A stretch of DNA of 63,907 nucleotides, counting the filler, from Basidiobolus meristosporus CBS 931.73 (Eukaryota; Fungi; Basidiobolomycota), in the NCBI GenBank assembly GCA_002104905.1. It is 3 parts of 3 records of this genome, joined end to end, with 100 filler letters (N's around TTAATTAATTAA, not from the genome) between each part and the next. Parts side by side here need not be neighbours in the genome. Positions count along the whole stretch, not along the records: positions 24,209 to 56,100 come from MCFE01000835.1; 2 more parts are not named here. One strand, 5' to 3'. The notes beneath the pieces are model-generated. The model worked only from the letters and a program-made list of their open reading frames with translations. It did no database searches and was not told the origin of the DNA. Position 1 is the first letter of the stretch. Each line of letters starts with the position of its first letter. Of the stretch, positions 24,219 through 36,299 are shown piece by piece. Position numbers and translations under genes: made by a program.

Positions 24219-25616
24219 TGTTGTAAATCTTGTAGTTACACCTAAAACTCACTCAACTTGTTCACTTTGATCGCACTCTACTAATCATGAAGAATTTGGC
24301 CCAGGCTCCTTGTTGGGTTTTACTTGGAATATTTCACCAAAATATTGGTACTCAGTGTTGTGAGTTTCGTAATTACACCTGAATATTTGCCCAACTTAGT
24401 CGCTTTGGGCATTGCCTACAAATATTAGAGAATTCTGACCAAATTCCTTGTTGGGATTTACTTGGAATATTTCAGCAAAATATTAGGTACCCAGAACATG
24501 AAGTCTTGTTAAGCTGTCTAAACACCCCCAAACTTTGCCCACATATTCTTGGTGCTGCAAGAGTCTTGGAGATATTGGAAGTGATTGGGAGAACAAATTG
24601 ATTATGTGCTTTTCACTCAATGATTTATCAAATGTAAGAGTAGTATTTATACTTTTACATGGTCTTGGCATAAAAAGCACATATGGTATGTCTAGGAAGG
24701 TCCCAAGAACATGTGTGCAAAGTTTGGGGCTGTTTGGACAACTTTGAGTATTTTCATGCTCTGGGTACCTGATGTTTTTGTGAAATAATTTGAAGTAAAT
24801 CTCAACAAGGAATTTGGTCAGAAATCTCTAAGATTTGTAGGTAATGATCTAAGTGACTAAGTTGGGTGAAGATCTAGGTGGAATTCCAAATTTTTACAGT
24901 ACACTTTGATCAGTGTATACAAATCTTGGAGAATTTGGCCCAGGTTCCTTGTTGGGTTTTACTTGAAATATTTCACCAGAATATCAGGTACTCAGTGTTA
25001 TAAATTTTGTAATTACATCTAAATATTTGCCCATCTTAGTCACTTTGCTCATTACCTACAAAGCTTAGAGAGTTCTGTCTAAATTCTTTAATGGGATTTA
25101 CTTCAAATTATTTCACAAAAACATCAGGTACCCAGAGCATGAAAATTCTCAAAGTTGTCCAAACAGCCCCAAACTTTGCACACATGCTCTTGGAGCCTTC
25201 ATAAGAATGTTCTATGCGCTTTTTTTGCTAAGAACATGCAAAAATAAAAATCCTACTTCTACATTCAATAATATTGTGACAGTTTTGGAGATGTTGGGAG
25301 TGATTGGGAGAACAAGTAAACTATATGCATTTCATACCATAATTGATTCAGTATAAAAGTAGTACTTGCATCTTTGCATGGTTTTGCTGAGATCTACTTG
25401 GAACATTATCATTAGAATGTCAGGTATCCAGAATATGAAATTTTGAGAAGTTGTCCAAACAGCCTTAAGCTTTGCCCATACATTCCTGCAGCCTTTCTAA
25501 GCATACTCTAAGTGTTTGTTCTGGCATGGATCTGATAAAAGTTCTCTTAGATTTGGGTGTATTGATTTTAGTGACTAAGCTAGGGGAGTATTTAGATATA
25601 GTACAAACATTACAGC
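24219..25616. mobile_element. Cluster of nested or partial copia LTRs in both orientations
   Basis: Repeated about 350-bp sequence homologous to LTR 39264-39612. An inverted copy at about 24558-24900 lies among plus-strand copies. Boundaries approximate. Confidence 0.75.
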
Positions 25617-27236
25617 ACTTCCATTTAGCTAAATACTTATATCAACTAATCCTAACAGAGATATGAGATATTCAAATTTGTCTCTGGCTAATGGTTTGTT
25701 AGATATTTCTGCAATCATTTCATCTGTAGGACAGGCAACTAAGTTAGCCTCTATTGCTTCCTATATGCAAGGATGTCTAATATCTATGCACTTAGCTCTG
25801 GTATGAAAAGTTGGATTTCTACATAATTGCATGCATTCCTGATTATCATAAAATAATGTAGTAGGGGCTTTCTGATATGAGCCCAAGTCTTTAAAGAGCT
25901 TTCTCAATCACAATGCTTTACTTGTAGCCTTGTAGGTCACCTTAAACTCTGATTAGGGTTACAATTGGCTACATTCTTGAATTCCATGAAGTTGCTCCTT
26001 TACAGTAAAAGAAGGAGGATCCAGTAGTGGATCTTATGTTTTCTAAATTTTGATTTTTTCAGCTTGCATACCATATGGGGGTTATCTTGGTCAGCAAGCT
26101 CATCAGGCTGATATATACATATGTCCTTATCAAGTTTCCCATTCAAATGTATTTTTAATGGGAAAGTCAATGAATAAATAACCTAAACTGTGCTGCAATT
26201 TCCAATATTCATTTGATGGAATTAAGCTTGGCTACTGGTGCAAGGATCTCAGTGAGGTCCAGTCCTTTTGTTTGTATGTATTGCTTGGCTACCAATCTTG
26301 CCATGTGGTATCCCTATGAATATCATTTGATCCCACAGGTGGATCTAATCTGGATCAGCCATCAAGATCCCACAATCAGGCAGTGATAATGCTGACAGCT
26401 TGAAATGCTGAAGCATAACCCCAAACTCATCAATTAACTCCATTAAAATCCACCACTCAATACGCATTTCTGCTGTAACACTCTATTTCCATAACTTTGA
26501 CTAAAACCCTGTGGCTTTATGCCACTATTCATTCACTGGATCCTGTACATCCTGGTATTCAGCCAGCACAGCAAGGTCTAGCACATCATGTACCAGTCTC
26601 TGCAGTAAATCCTTGCAATATTCAGGCATGTCTTCTTGAGCACCACTCTTGAAGAGTGCTGCAACATCTTGGTCTGCCTATTAATGTTCTAAAATTCTGC
26701 TGTAGGCATTGTGATAGTCTTTTAAGTTCTTAATGTTGTTGCTTTGTTGGTCAGTGGGATCTCCACTCTGAGTGCAATGGAGGACATGGAGGCAGTGGTA
26801 AACAAATAAATTTCCTCTCCAAACACATCTACCTTACAGGAATTTAGCTAAACTGGCTGTGCTTCCAACACTTGAGAAGACAGCAGATGTCTTGTTGATA
26901 ATTCTTCTTGGCTCTCATGGGACTCAGCCTGTTCTGGGCCAAAAGTGTAAATTGATAAAAACTGCAGCTGTTTTCTCACACTTCCCTGTCTTGGGCTTAG
27001 GTAGACCATCTTCTCTTTACCTTTACCTTTATCACTGTCAAATATATCACTGCTACTTTGACTGAGTACTTCTTATACTGTAATCTGTTTTCTCCTTAAC
27101 AAACAGTGCATTGGTGCATCCATTTTTGCCTGCTGTCCCTTGCTGGCATACCCCTAGCAACCTGACATTTATTTGCTGCTTGCTTGAAACTATTAGCCCT
27201 TTAGTAGTAGAGAGTGACAGCTTGCAGCTCATAACC
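25500..27236 (-). mobile_element. Internally deleted or chimeric copia derivative
   Basis: PBS GGTTATGAGC abuts LTR 27237-27585. It is followed by a few gag codons, about 0.8 kb of an unrelated repeat, RT (ARLVAKQYIQTKGLD) and RNase H remnants, and a partial 3' LTR. Confidence 0.6.
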
Positions 27237-30200
27237 TGTTGTAAGAGTCTTGGAGACATTGGAAGTGATTGGGAGTACAAGTAGATTATGTGGTTTTCAC
27301 TTAATGATTTATTGAATGTAAAGGTAGTATTTATATTTTGACATAGTCTTGGCATAAAAAAAACATGTTCAATAGACTTAGGAAGATTGCAACAACATGT
27401 GTGCAAGATTATGGGCTGTTTTGACAGCTTTGAGAATTATCATGCTCTGGTTACCTGATATTGAGATAAAAATATTCTGAGTAAATCCCAACAAGATGTT
27501 TAGTCAGTATTCCCTAAGATTTGAAGGTAATGATCTAAGTGATTAACTTAGGTAAATATTTAGGTGGAATTACAAATTTACAACACTCCCACTCAACTAA
27601 AGCTCTCACTGACTAGTCATAATTTTGACCTAAGATATTCAAACTTGTCTCTAGCTAATGGTTTGGTAAATATGGCTGCAATCATTTCACCTGTAGGAAA
27701 GTAAGCTAAGTTAACCAAGTTATTCTCTATAGCATCATGTATGAAATGGTGTCTAGTATCTATGTGCTTGGTTCTAGCATGAGAAGTAGAATTTCTACCT
27801 AATTGTATACATCTGTGATTATCCTTGAATAAAGTAATAGGCGTTTTTAGACATAAGTCTGAACCTTCAAAAAGCTTTCTTAACCACATTGCTTCTCATT
27901 TGGCTCCACAGGCTGGCATATACTTTGCCTCTGGTAGATGGTCAACAGTTGGTTGCTTTCTTGAAATCCATGAAATTGCTCCTTTACAGCAAAGAATGGT
28001 GTATTCTGTGGCAGATCTTCTGTCTTTTAAAGTTTGTCACCAATTAGTATCAGACTATCTCACCAAATCTTGCTCTAAATCCTTATAGTTTTATCTTAAG
28101 CGGCTATTTGTATTTCCTTTTAGGTATCTAATATTATGCATAACTGCTGTAATATAATTAAATCCATATTTCTGATTGTGCTGGCTGACTACTCCCACTG
28201 AATATGAGATATCTGGACAGGTCCTATGCAAGATATGCATCAGACTTCAACCATAGATTGATAAAGAAAGCTAGGGCTTTTAGATGGCACCTAGCTCTCA
28301 TGATTTGATTGACTTTTGACCAAGTAGAGGTTGTCTCCATTGGGGTAGCTGCCAGTTCACAGTCTTCCATTTGGTACTTCCTTGTAACATCTTGAATATA
28401 CTAGGACTGAGTTAGGGTAATAGTCTAGGTAATTTTGTTCATGGACAATCATTCCCCAAGTTGTAACTGAGTTCCCCTAGATTGGACTTCTTGAACTTCT
28501 TAGATAAGCTGAATTTAATATCTTCCAATGTTTCTAGGTTATTGGTTGCTATCATAAGATCATTCACATACAGAGCTAATAGAACCAAATTTGCTTTATT
28601 TGGCTTGTGGTATACACTATAGTCACCAGTACTGCTTTGGAAACTCAAAGATTCCAAATAAGAGTCTTTCTTGCAACCCTAGGCTCTTGGTGATTGTTTG
28701 AGACCATGTAGAGACTTTTTCAAGCTTCCAGACCAAGTGGTGGTTGTTCTGGTCAGCAAACCATCAGGCTGGTTCATGTACAGTCCTCAGCAAGCTCTTT
28801 ACTCAAAAATACAGTTTTTACATTTATTTGATGTATGAAAAACTTACATTTGACTGCAATAGCAAATATTGATATGATGGCATTAAACTTGGCTACTTGT
28901 GCAAAGGTCTCAGTATAGTCAGGTCCTTTTGTTTGAGAGTATCCTTTGGCCAAAGTTCTTGCTTTGTGTCATTCAATTGTACTATCAGCCTTGTATTGTG
29001 TCCCAGAGACCCATCTGCATCCAATGGATTATTGGTTGATTAGTAGTTTGACTTAGTTGCAAGTTTACTTTTTCATCAAGGCCTGATACTTCTCAGTCAT
29101 TGCATATTTTCAGAACTTTGTATAAGGGCTATTGAGGACCTCTTTTGCAGTCTGGGGCTCATGAAAATGGACCAGATTGGCATAGGCTATATTTTTGCCC
29201 TCAAAGATATTACATTTTGGGTTGTTTCTGGTACAGTAGGATCTCCTGGTTTGTGATACTGAAATGATCACTTCTGGAACATTCCAGGATACTAACTCAG
29301 GCCAAACAATGGTTGTAAAGTCCTCTGAAGCCAAAAATATTCATTACTGTACTTTGATTCAACTGTGACTACTGGTGGACTGGAGATTAGATTTTGTCAC
29401 CTTCTGATGTTATATTTTTTGAAATAATGTAATTTAATCAAATAACACATCCCTGGACTTGATAAGCTTCTTTATTTTGGTATTGCAGAGGCTGTTTTCT
29501 CTATTCTGATTGCAGTTGCCCAAAGATGCACATTTTACGCTATTTGGCTCCTTCTTTGACTGGTCTCCAGGCAGTTTCTTAGCATTTGCTGTACGCTCAG
29601 ATATTCTTGGATGTTCTGCATTTGATCTGTATACATACCCTGCCTGAAATAGAGTAGAACCATAAAGTACTCTGCTAAAACTCCTATTCTGAAGGTATAA
29701 AGCTGTGGCAATGGATTCCACCCAAATATCATATGATAATATTAGATCATAGGTCATAGTTCTTACCATATAGCTTATTTATGTGTTTGCCTATTCTGCC
29801 ACTCCATTTTGCTGTGGGGAGTATGGCTTAGTAGTCTCATGCTTTATCCTCAATCTTTGCCAATGTGGATGAAGCATCTTGAGGGATTCTCTCACCCATT
29901 ATCCGAGCATATTTTCTTGATTTTTTCACTAGTTTCACTCTCCACCATAGCTTTAAACTCACTGAACTTAAACAGAGCTTCTTCCTTTTGCTCCATGAAG
30001 TAGACCCATATGTATCTTGTATAATTATTAATAAAAGTGGTTAAATACTTCACCCCACCTAAGGATATATTTTGCTTAGGTCCACATAGACCTGAGAGAA
30101 TTAGTTCTAATTTTCTCTTAGTCATGATTAACCATAGCTCTTGATTGGTTGTCTGGCTTGTTTCTCATATATGCAGTTCTCACAGTGCTCCAAATTAGCT

Positions 30201-30534
30201 GGGGAATTAGTTTTTAATCAAGAAATTAGCTGATATTTGACCATTTTGTGCAAACAATCAAAATTGATGTGTCCAAATCTCTTGTGCCAAAGAATTGGTG
30301 TTTTCTCATTCAAGTTACAAAAATTGGCTTCCAGATATGATTGAATATAATAGACTTGTTCTGTTGAATAGTGCCACATAGTGCCAGCCTATATATGGTG
30401 CCTGATCAATCTGGCACTCTACAGCACTATCTGACACTATAATTTCTACCATGATGCCAGTGGTATGGTACAGTTACTGGTAATTTTACTCAATCTTACT
30501 TATGTTGCTCAGAATAGTGCTTTCCTTGCTTTAT

Positions 30535-31417
30535 TTACTCTTCATAATGCTCCAGACACATTTCTCTCAGCAGATGTCTTCTTGTATCAACATACTGTGC
30601 ATTAAAAAGTATCTTGACTATTTTACCTCTTCTGCTGTTTTCTCCTATATATGACTTTCCTCTGTATTTACCTGCCAATATGCTGAATCTCTTCAGATAT
30701 CCAAATGTGTGCTCTACCCTCACTCTGAAATGATTAAATATCTCATTGTAGAGCTTCTGCTTCTGCTAAGTACACCATTCCTTGGCTTCCTATAAGCTGT
30801 AATACATCCTAATCTCTGACAATCCTCTCCTATATAGGCTAAGTCTGCCATACATTTCTCCCCTCTACTGAATTCAGGATGATTCTCTACCCAGAGTGCA
30901 TTGTCATGCCTACTTCCAGCAAATGGCCCACTAAACCAGATGATGTTACCCTCAATGTCAGACAGTGCTTGAAATGTCACACAGTGTGCCTTGTACTTGC
31001 CAGAATAAAAGTGCCTCTGCCCTCTAGAAGGTCTATTAATCCTCACTGGAAGGTATCCAAAATACTCCTGATATGGAACCTGTTGCTGAACACTCTGGGA
31101 TATGGAAGTCTACTGGAGCTTCTGAACCTAGTATTCCAAGCTTGCTCTAAGTCATTCATACCCTCTGCAAGGTGGTTCTCCATTGCTGTCAGCTGGGAAT
31201 GAAAGCTTCTAGGACTTTTGTTGCCATGGATGGTGGGATGAAACTTTGTAGGGCAATAGTTCTTGTAATAGCAGAGAAGCTTAACAAGGGATCTCCTTGA
31301 GTAGATTGGGGTTGATGGTCCACAGTACTTGGAATAGATCTCCTCCAGTGTGTCAAAAGGAAATCCAGTGGTAGTGATGGGATTGATGAGAAAAGACCAT
31401 TCAGATGAGTAAGTCAT
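30535..31417 (-). pseudogene. DDE_Tnp_4 (PIF/Harbinger/IS5-like) transposase with two frameshifts
   Basis: Three overlapping ORFs carry SILDT, FYSGKYKAH, GSRHD, MADLAYIG and RVEHTFGYLKRF motifs. Confidence 0.88.
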
Positions 31418-31679
31418 ATTAAAATTGGTGGATGATTGTATGGAGGCGGTTTGAATTGATTTGGTGCGATCTGCATTATTTATCTGATTTTTAATACATT
31501 ATGGTTAAATCTCCATCAATTGCCATGTATCCCATCATTATGTTGCAAAAATCATTTGCAAACAATGCCTTGGTACTTTTATTGATGCTTTAATCATAGG
31601 TCTATAATCAAATAGGAAATCTGCAATTGATGTGATCTGATCTGTGTTAATGCAATCCAAGATGCATCATACATAATAT

Positions 31680-32225
31680 ATGGAAAATTCAACAATCACA
31701 TTAGTTTTCATATATATTTCATATAAGACCAGGTTGACACCAATATACTGCTGTATAAGTATCCAACTCCGTTGCTATGGTCCCCATACCAAGCCTCAAC
31801 TCATCTTTAGTACAACCCAGACAAAACCAATCCACCAGCTCACAAGCGTGGTCCGAACCAGAAAAGTCGATGTTGGATCTGTTCAGGTTCTTGCCAAATG
31901 ATTTTAGTATGGCCCAAGTGTCTATGATGAGCCTTCATACAGATATTTGGGCACTACTGATTAATCTAGTGGAACTAGATACCTCAGAGAGCAACAAAGA
32001 TGGAAGAATTTGAGTAGAAAGCTGTGGCATGAGTTCTACATCAAGATGCCAGCCAATGTATGTAAGCAGATATATAACAAGACAAGTATTGAAATCAAGA
32101 ATGAGCTGAGGGTGAGAGGATTTGACAAAGAAGCCGCTAGTGGAATAATTTTGTGCGCAATTTGCACAGTACAGGGCGGATGCGATCCATTTGTGCATCA
32201 ACTTTGGGAACCAAAGAGATTTTGA
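31680..32225 (+). pseudogene. Second, divergent ORF of the PHIS element (unknown product, in-frame stops)
   Basis: ORFs 31680-31901 and 32010-32225 are in the same frame and are linked through three isolated stop codons. Confidence 0.45.
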
Positions 32226-35209
32226 ATGAGTTTTTGCCTCATAATGACTGAATGTACTATGTGATATATTAGTAGAGCTAAGTGGCTTCCAAGAGCAATA
32301 TACACAGGACTCATCCAGGCAACAGCTCCAAAGTATCAGACAGAGGGTAAGTGAATACCTTGAGGAATCAGATGGTGAGCTTCAGGAGGAAGAATACAGA
32401 CCGCAAGCAACATTGTCCAGATTGCGCCAGGATGCCTTGCTGGATTCCCTACCATCTCTTGCAACCACAGCGTGCCAGCACACATCAGTCCAGACCACAC
32501 CAACACCCTTTACCAGAACGCCCTGCATCAAGTCAACGCGCATTGAGTCAACGCATGTTGGATCAACGCGCATGCTTCAGAGCAAAACTACAAGAACTTG
32601 CCAAACTGCTCATTTAGACACAAGTTCATTGGAGCAGACCAAGTTGCATCAACATGCGGCATCACATCAAACTCAGCCAAGGGCCATCTCAATGTGTTCA
32701 AGGTGTGCCTGCGCATGCCATTTTGCCTGACCATCAGTGAGTTACTTCTGGTGAACTGACTGATGATGACCAACATGCAGTGGCTCAACCACTGGAGCCC
32801 TTGTCAAGTAAATGAACGCGTCAGCGCGTGGCACTACAGGCCAGTTCAGTTGGTTCAGTTAAAGTGATTCAGCACGGCCAAGCTGCAGCATTGCACTCAT
32901 TAACTAGGAGGCAAAATACTGACTACAAATACACAAGTAGCCAAGATGATAATCAGCCAGGAAGTAGTATAGGTGTGCAAAGTGAGCCACTACCATAGTG
33001 CTTCAGTAGTAATCCCTGTGAGAAAAAAACCCAGGAGAAGATGATGCAATTGCTTTGAATTGCTCATATTTGTAATGATCCCAACAACCCATTTTTTTTG
33101 CAATCCAAATTGAGCCATTGCAAATCAGTGATCATCAAATTTTTGATATAAGTAATATCAAGGTTGTCTCACATTTGAGACAGAACCCCTGTAAATAAAC
33201 ACCCTGCATATATATACGTCATCTGTAATACCAGTGCAGCTATTGGATCTGTTTTGCACTTACATAATTGCTTGCGTGCTAGCTTTGACACCTTGTCCAA
33301 TCACTAGGATCAGGGATTTACTTGCTTAATGGGCAAAATGGGATATTTAATGGCAAATCAGGTAGCTTTTTTAGTAGTCAATGAGCCAATTGGGGGCTGC
33401 CAGCTTCTGGATACTTTTGGACCAATTAACCACTGAGATACTGTCCAATTAGAGTGAGGGTAACCAAAATGGTAAGTATCAGTGTAGTTTATAGTGTAAT
33501 ACACATTTATTTCCATTTACATTAAAGAAACATATCCAAATACCGGATTTTACCTGCCATAATAGCGGTATCCAATGGCACATGTGATGCAAACATTACA
33601 AGTTGGCGCAATCATTGGTGCCAATCTAATTGTGTCAGATTGTGCCATAGTGTGCAAGATTGTCCCACATAGTGCAATATTGTCCAAGAACAATCCTGCC
33701 TTCTGGTAGCTATAATATTGCGCCCAATTGTTCTTTACAACCACGGATTGCGCCGTGCACCCTGGCACAGTATGATGGAACAAGTCTAATTCAACTTGTG
33801 TAGATTCTGATCTCTGATACCCAAAGCAATATGTGCACCACTTTGATTAGTGATCCTGCATCCAGAGTTGTCAAAGCTGAAAGTGAGTCCTTCTGCTGTG
33901 GCCTTGCTTACAGATAGTAGGTTCTTGGCTGTTTTGGGCACATAGAGTACCTCATTGAAGGTAAATGTGGGGTTTCCATCACAGCTTCTAAGGCTTAATA
34001 GGACAGTTTCTTCTTCAACTGCATCAGGTGTTCAATTGTTGCCCATCAAAACCTCTAATTGAAATTGCATTACATTGGGTAAAAAGTTCATCATGACATG
34101 TAAAGTGTCACAATGCAACAGAATCAATATATCATGTGAGAGAATCCTGGATTTTGGTCATAGTTGGTGCAGATTTGAATAATCCATCATCAGTTTCTGC
34201 GGCATTTCCATATTCAAGCTTTTGGTTCTTATTATCCCTCACTTTGAGGCACTGGTCTGATCTTTGTCCTTTTCTTTTAAAATGATTGCAAAACAGGTGC
34301 TTTTGCCTTTAATGAGTCTTGAGTACCTCCCTTTGCCAGTTACATTCATTTATCAAAGCATTTTCTTCTTCCAACTTATTAGCCCTTGTTTTTCTTAGTT
34401 CTTCACTGAGGAGCCATCCATGTGCATAGTTTAAGGTCCAATCTTCAGTTCTGGACTCTTGACTAATACAAAGACTCTGAAACTTGTATGTCAGGCTACT
34501 CAAGATGGTGGCTATCAAATCCTCATTAGTAGTTGGTAGATGGTAGATCTGTTAATTAAATTTCTCAGTGCTTTTCCCAACAGCATTTTTGTAGTGAATA
34601 AGTTTTTGCTAGGGTACATTTTTTCAGCAGATGAACATGTTTGTTATGTGTGTTCTGATGCCTTCCAGGCATTCTTTGCCATTTTTGCTCTTCAGAATTG
34701 AAGTTGCAACTTGTGGTTGATATAAGTGCAGTTGAAGGTACTTTGTTCTTTCTTATGGCACTTTGAGGCTTCTTCTCACAATTTTTTAGAAGGGCATTCT
34801 TCTCCCATAACAGTATCCCAATGGCCCCTTTCTTGTAACAGCATCAACATCTTCATCTTCCACACTTGGTAGTAAGATCTATCAAGCTTTTCAGCAGAGG
34901 GAAAAACTCCAGTAATAGCATTAGTAGACATTGCAGAGAGTGATAGATTAGAGCTCAGAACATGTCAAAAGAGTCTTAGAGTTACTGGAAGTGATTTGAT
35001 GAACAAGTAGATGATGCTGTTTTCACTTGATTAATTATTGAATGTAAAAGTAGCATTTAGACTTTTACATGGTCTTGATATAGCAAACAAGTAGAATATG
35101 CTTAACAAGGTCCCAAGAAAATTTGTGCAAAGTTTGGGACTGTTTGAGCAGCTTTGATATTTGTCTGTATTGGGTACCTGATACTCTGGTGAAAGTATTT
35201 CAAGTAAAT

Positions 35210-35939
35210 AGACTTGTTCTGTTGGATAGTGCCACATTGAGCAATGAGTGCCAAATGATGCCATAGTGTGCCTGGGAGGCCAAGTGAGCCTATACTTGGC
35301 CACAGAGTGTGAAACATAGCTCTGCATCTTCATGCAGATCAGTCCTGTGCTTCACCCATTGTTCTGAAGAAAATTCTTTTTTTGACCTTTTTTTTTGGAT
35401 CTATGTTGTGTAGGATTTGTAAGAGCACAAAAGGAATGAAGACATGCATCTGGTACTCAATACCCATGGCACTCTAAATTTATCTTCTGTAGCTTGTATC
35501 ATGTCACAAAAATGTATGGCACTATCTTGGTCCACTTGTACTATTTGGCACTATATACAGATTTTAGCACTAGAGTAAACCTATACAAGGACTTTTAGTG
35601 CCAGTGAGTACCAGTGGACCAAGATAGTGCTGTGCATTTTTGTGACATGTTACAAGCCTCAGGAGCTAGATATAGAGTGCCATGGGTATTGAGTACCAGA
35701 TGCATATCTTCAATCCGTTTGTGCTCTTACACATCCTGCACAATATTGATCTAAAAAAAAGGTCAAAAAAGGAATTTTCTGCAGCACAATGGGTGAACCA
35801 CAGGGGCTGCTTTCCATGAAGATGCAGAGGTATGTTTCACACTCTGTGGCCAAGTATAGGCTCACCTGGCCTCCCTGGCACACTATGGCATCATTTGGCA
35901 CTCATGGCTCAATGTGGCACTATCCAACAGAACAAGTCT
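35210..35939. mobile_element. Palindromic (fold-back) MITE, 730 bp
   Basis: Both ends read AGACTTGTTCTGTTGGATAGTGCCAC. About 340-bp inverted arms surround a short spacer. Inserted in a copia LTR. Confidence 0.9.
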
Positions 35940-36299
35940 ATAATCTAAGTGAATGATTTAGGTAAAAACTCAGGTGGCATTACAAGTCTTTACAATGGAT
36001 ACAATGGCCATTTATTAGTATCCCACTGGAAAGCACTGGAAGCTCATCCAGCTATGGCTAGAGGTAGCTATTCCAGTTGGGTGGCATTTTAGGCCCAGAT
36101 ACCAGTGAGACAACAATGAGATATCTGCTCTGATAAAGTAAGATAGGCAGCAGACTCAGACTAATAAATATCAGCAGCCAGCAGGATTTGTTGGAAGAAT
36201 ACTTCTCTGATTAGAATCCATCAAGTGCCAAGGCAAAGCCATGGTCATACATACCTTTGGAGTAGCCCTTGCTTTGTCATTGTTGGTAATATGTGCCAT

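Larger units (their letters stand above)
30352..33787 (-). mobile_element. PIF/Harbinger-superfamily (PHIS) DNA transposon, 3.4 kb
   Basis: Terminal inverted repeats AGACTTGTTC/GAACAAGTCT with a 3-bp TSD AAT. Removing it restores the copia frame (KLNYIQSYLEAN) to the same length as the paralogous copy. Confidence 0.85.
27237..35997 (-). mobile_element. Degenerate Ty1/copia element A, interrupted by a PHIS transposon and a MITE
   Basis: 3' LTR 27237-27585 (TGTTGTA...TACAACA) with PPT GAGTGGGGAG. RNase H (RTKHIDTRHHF), RT, integrase and gag start (MSTNAITGVF) remnants. 5' LTR about 34963-35997. Many stops. Confidence 0.88.
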
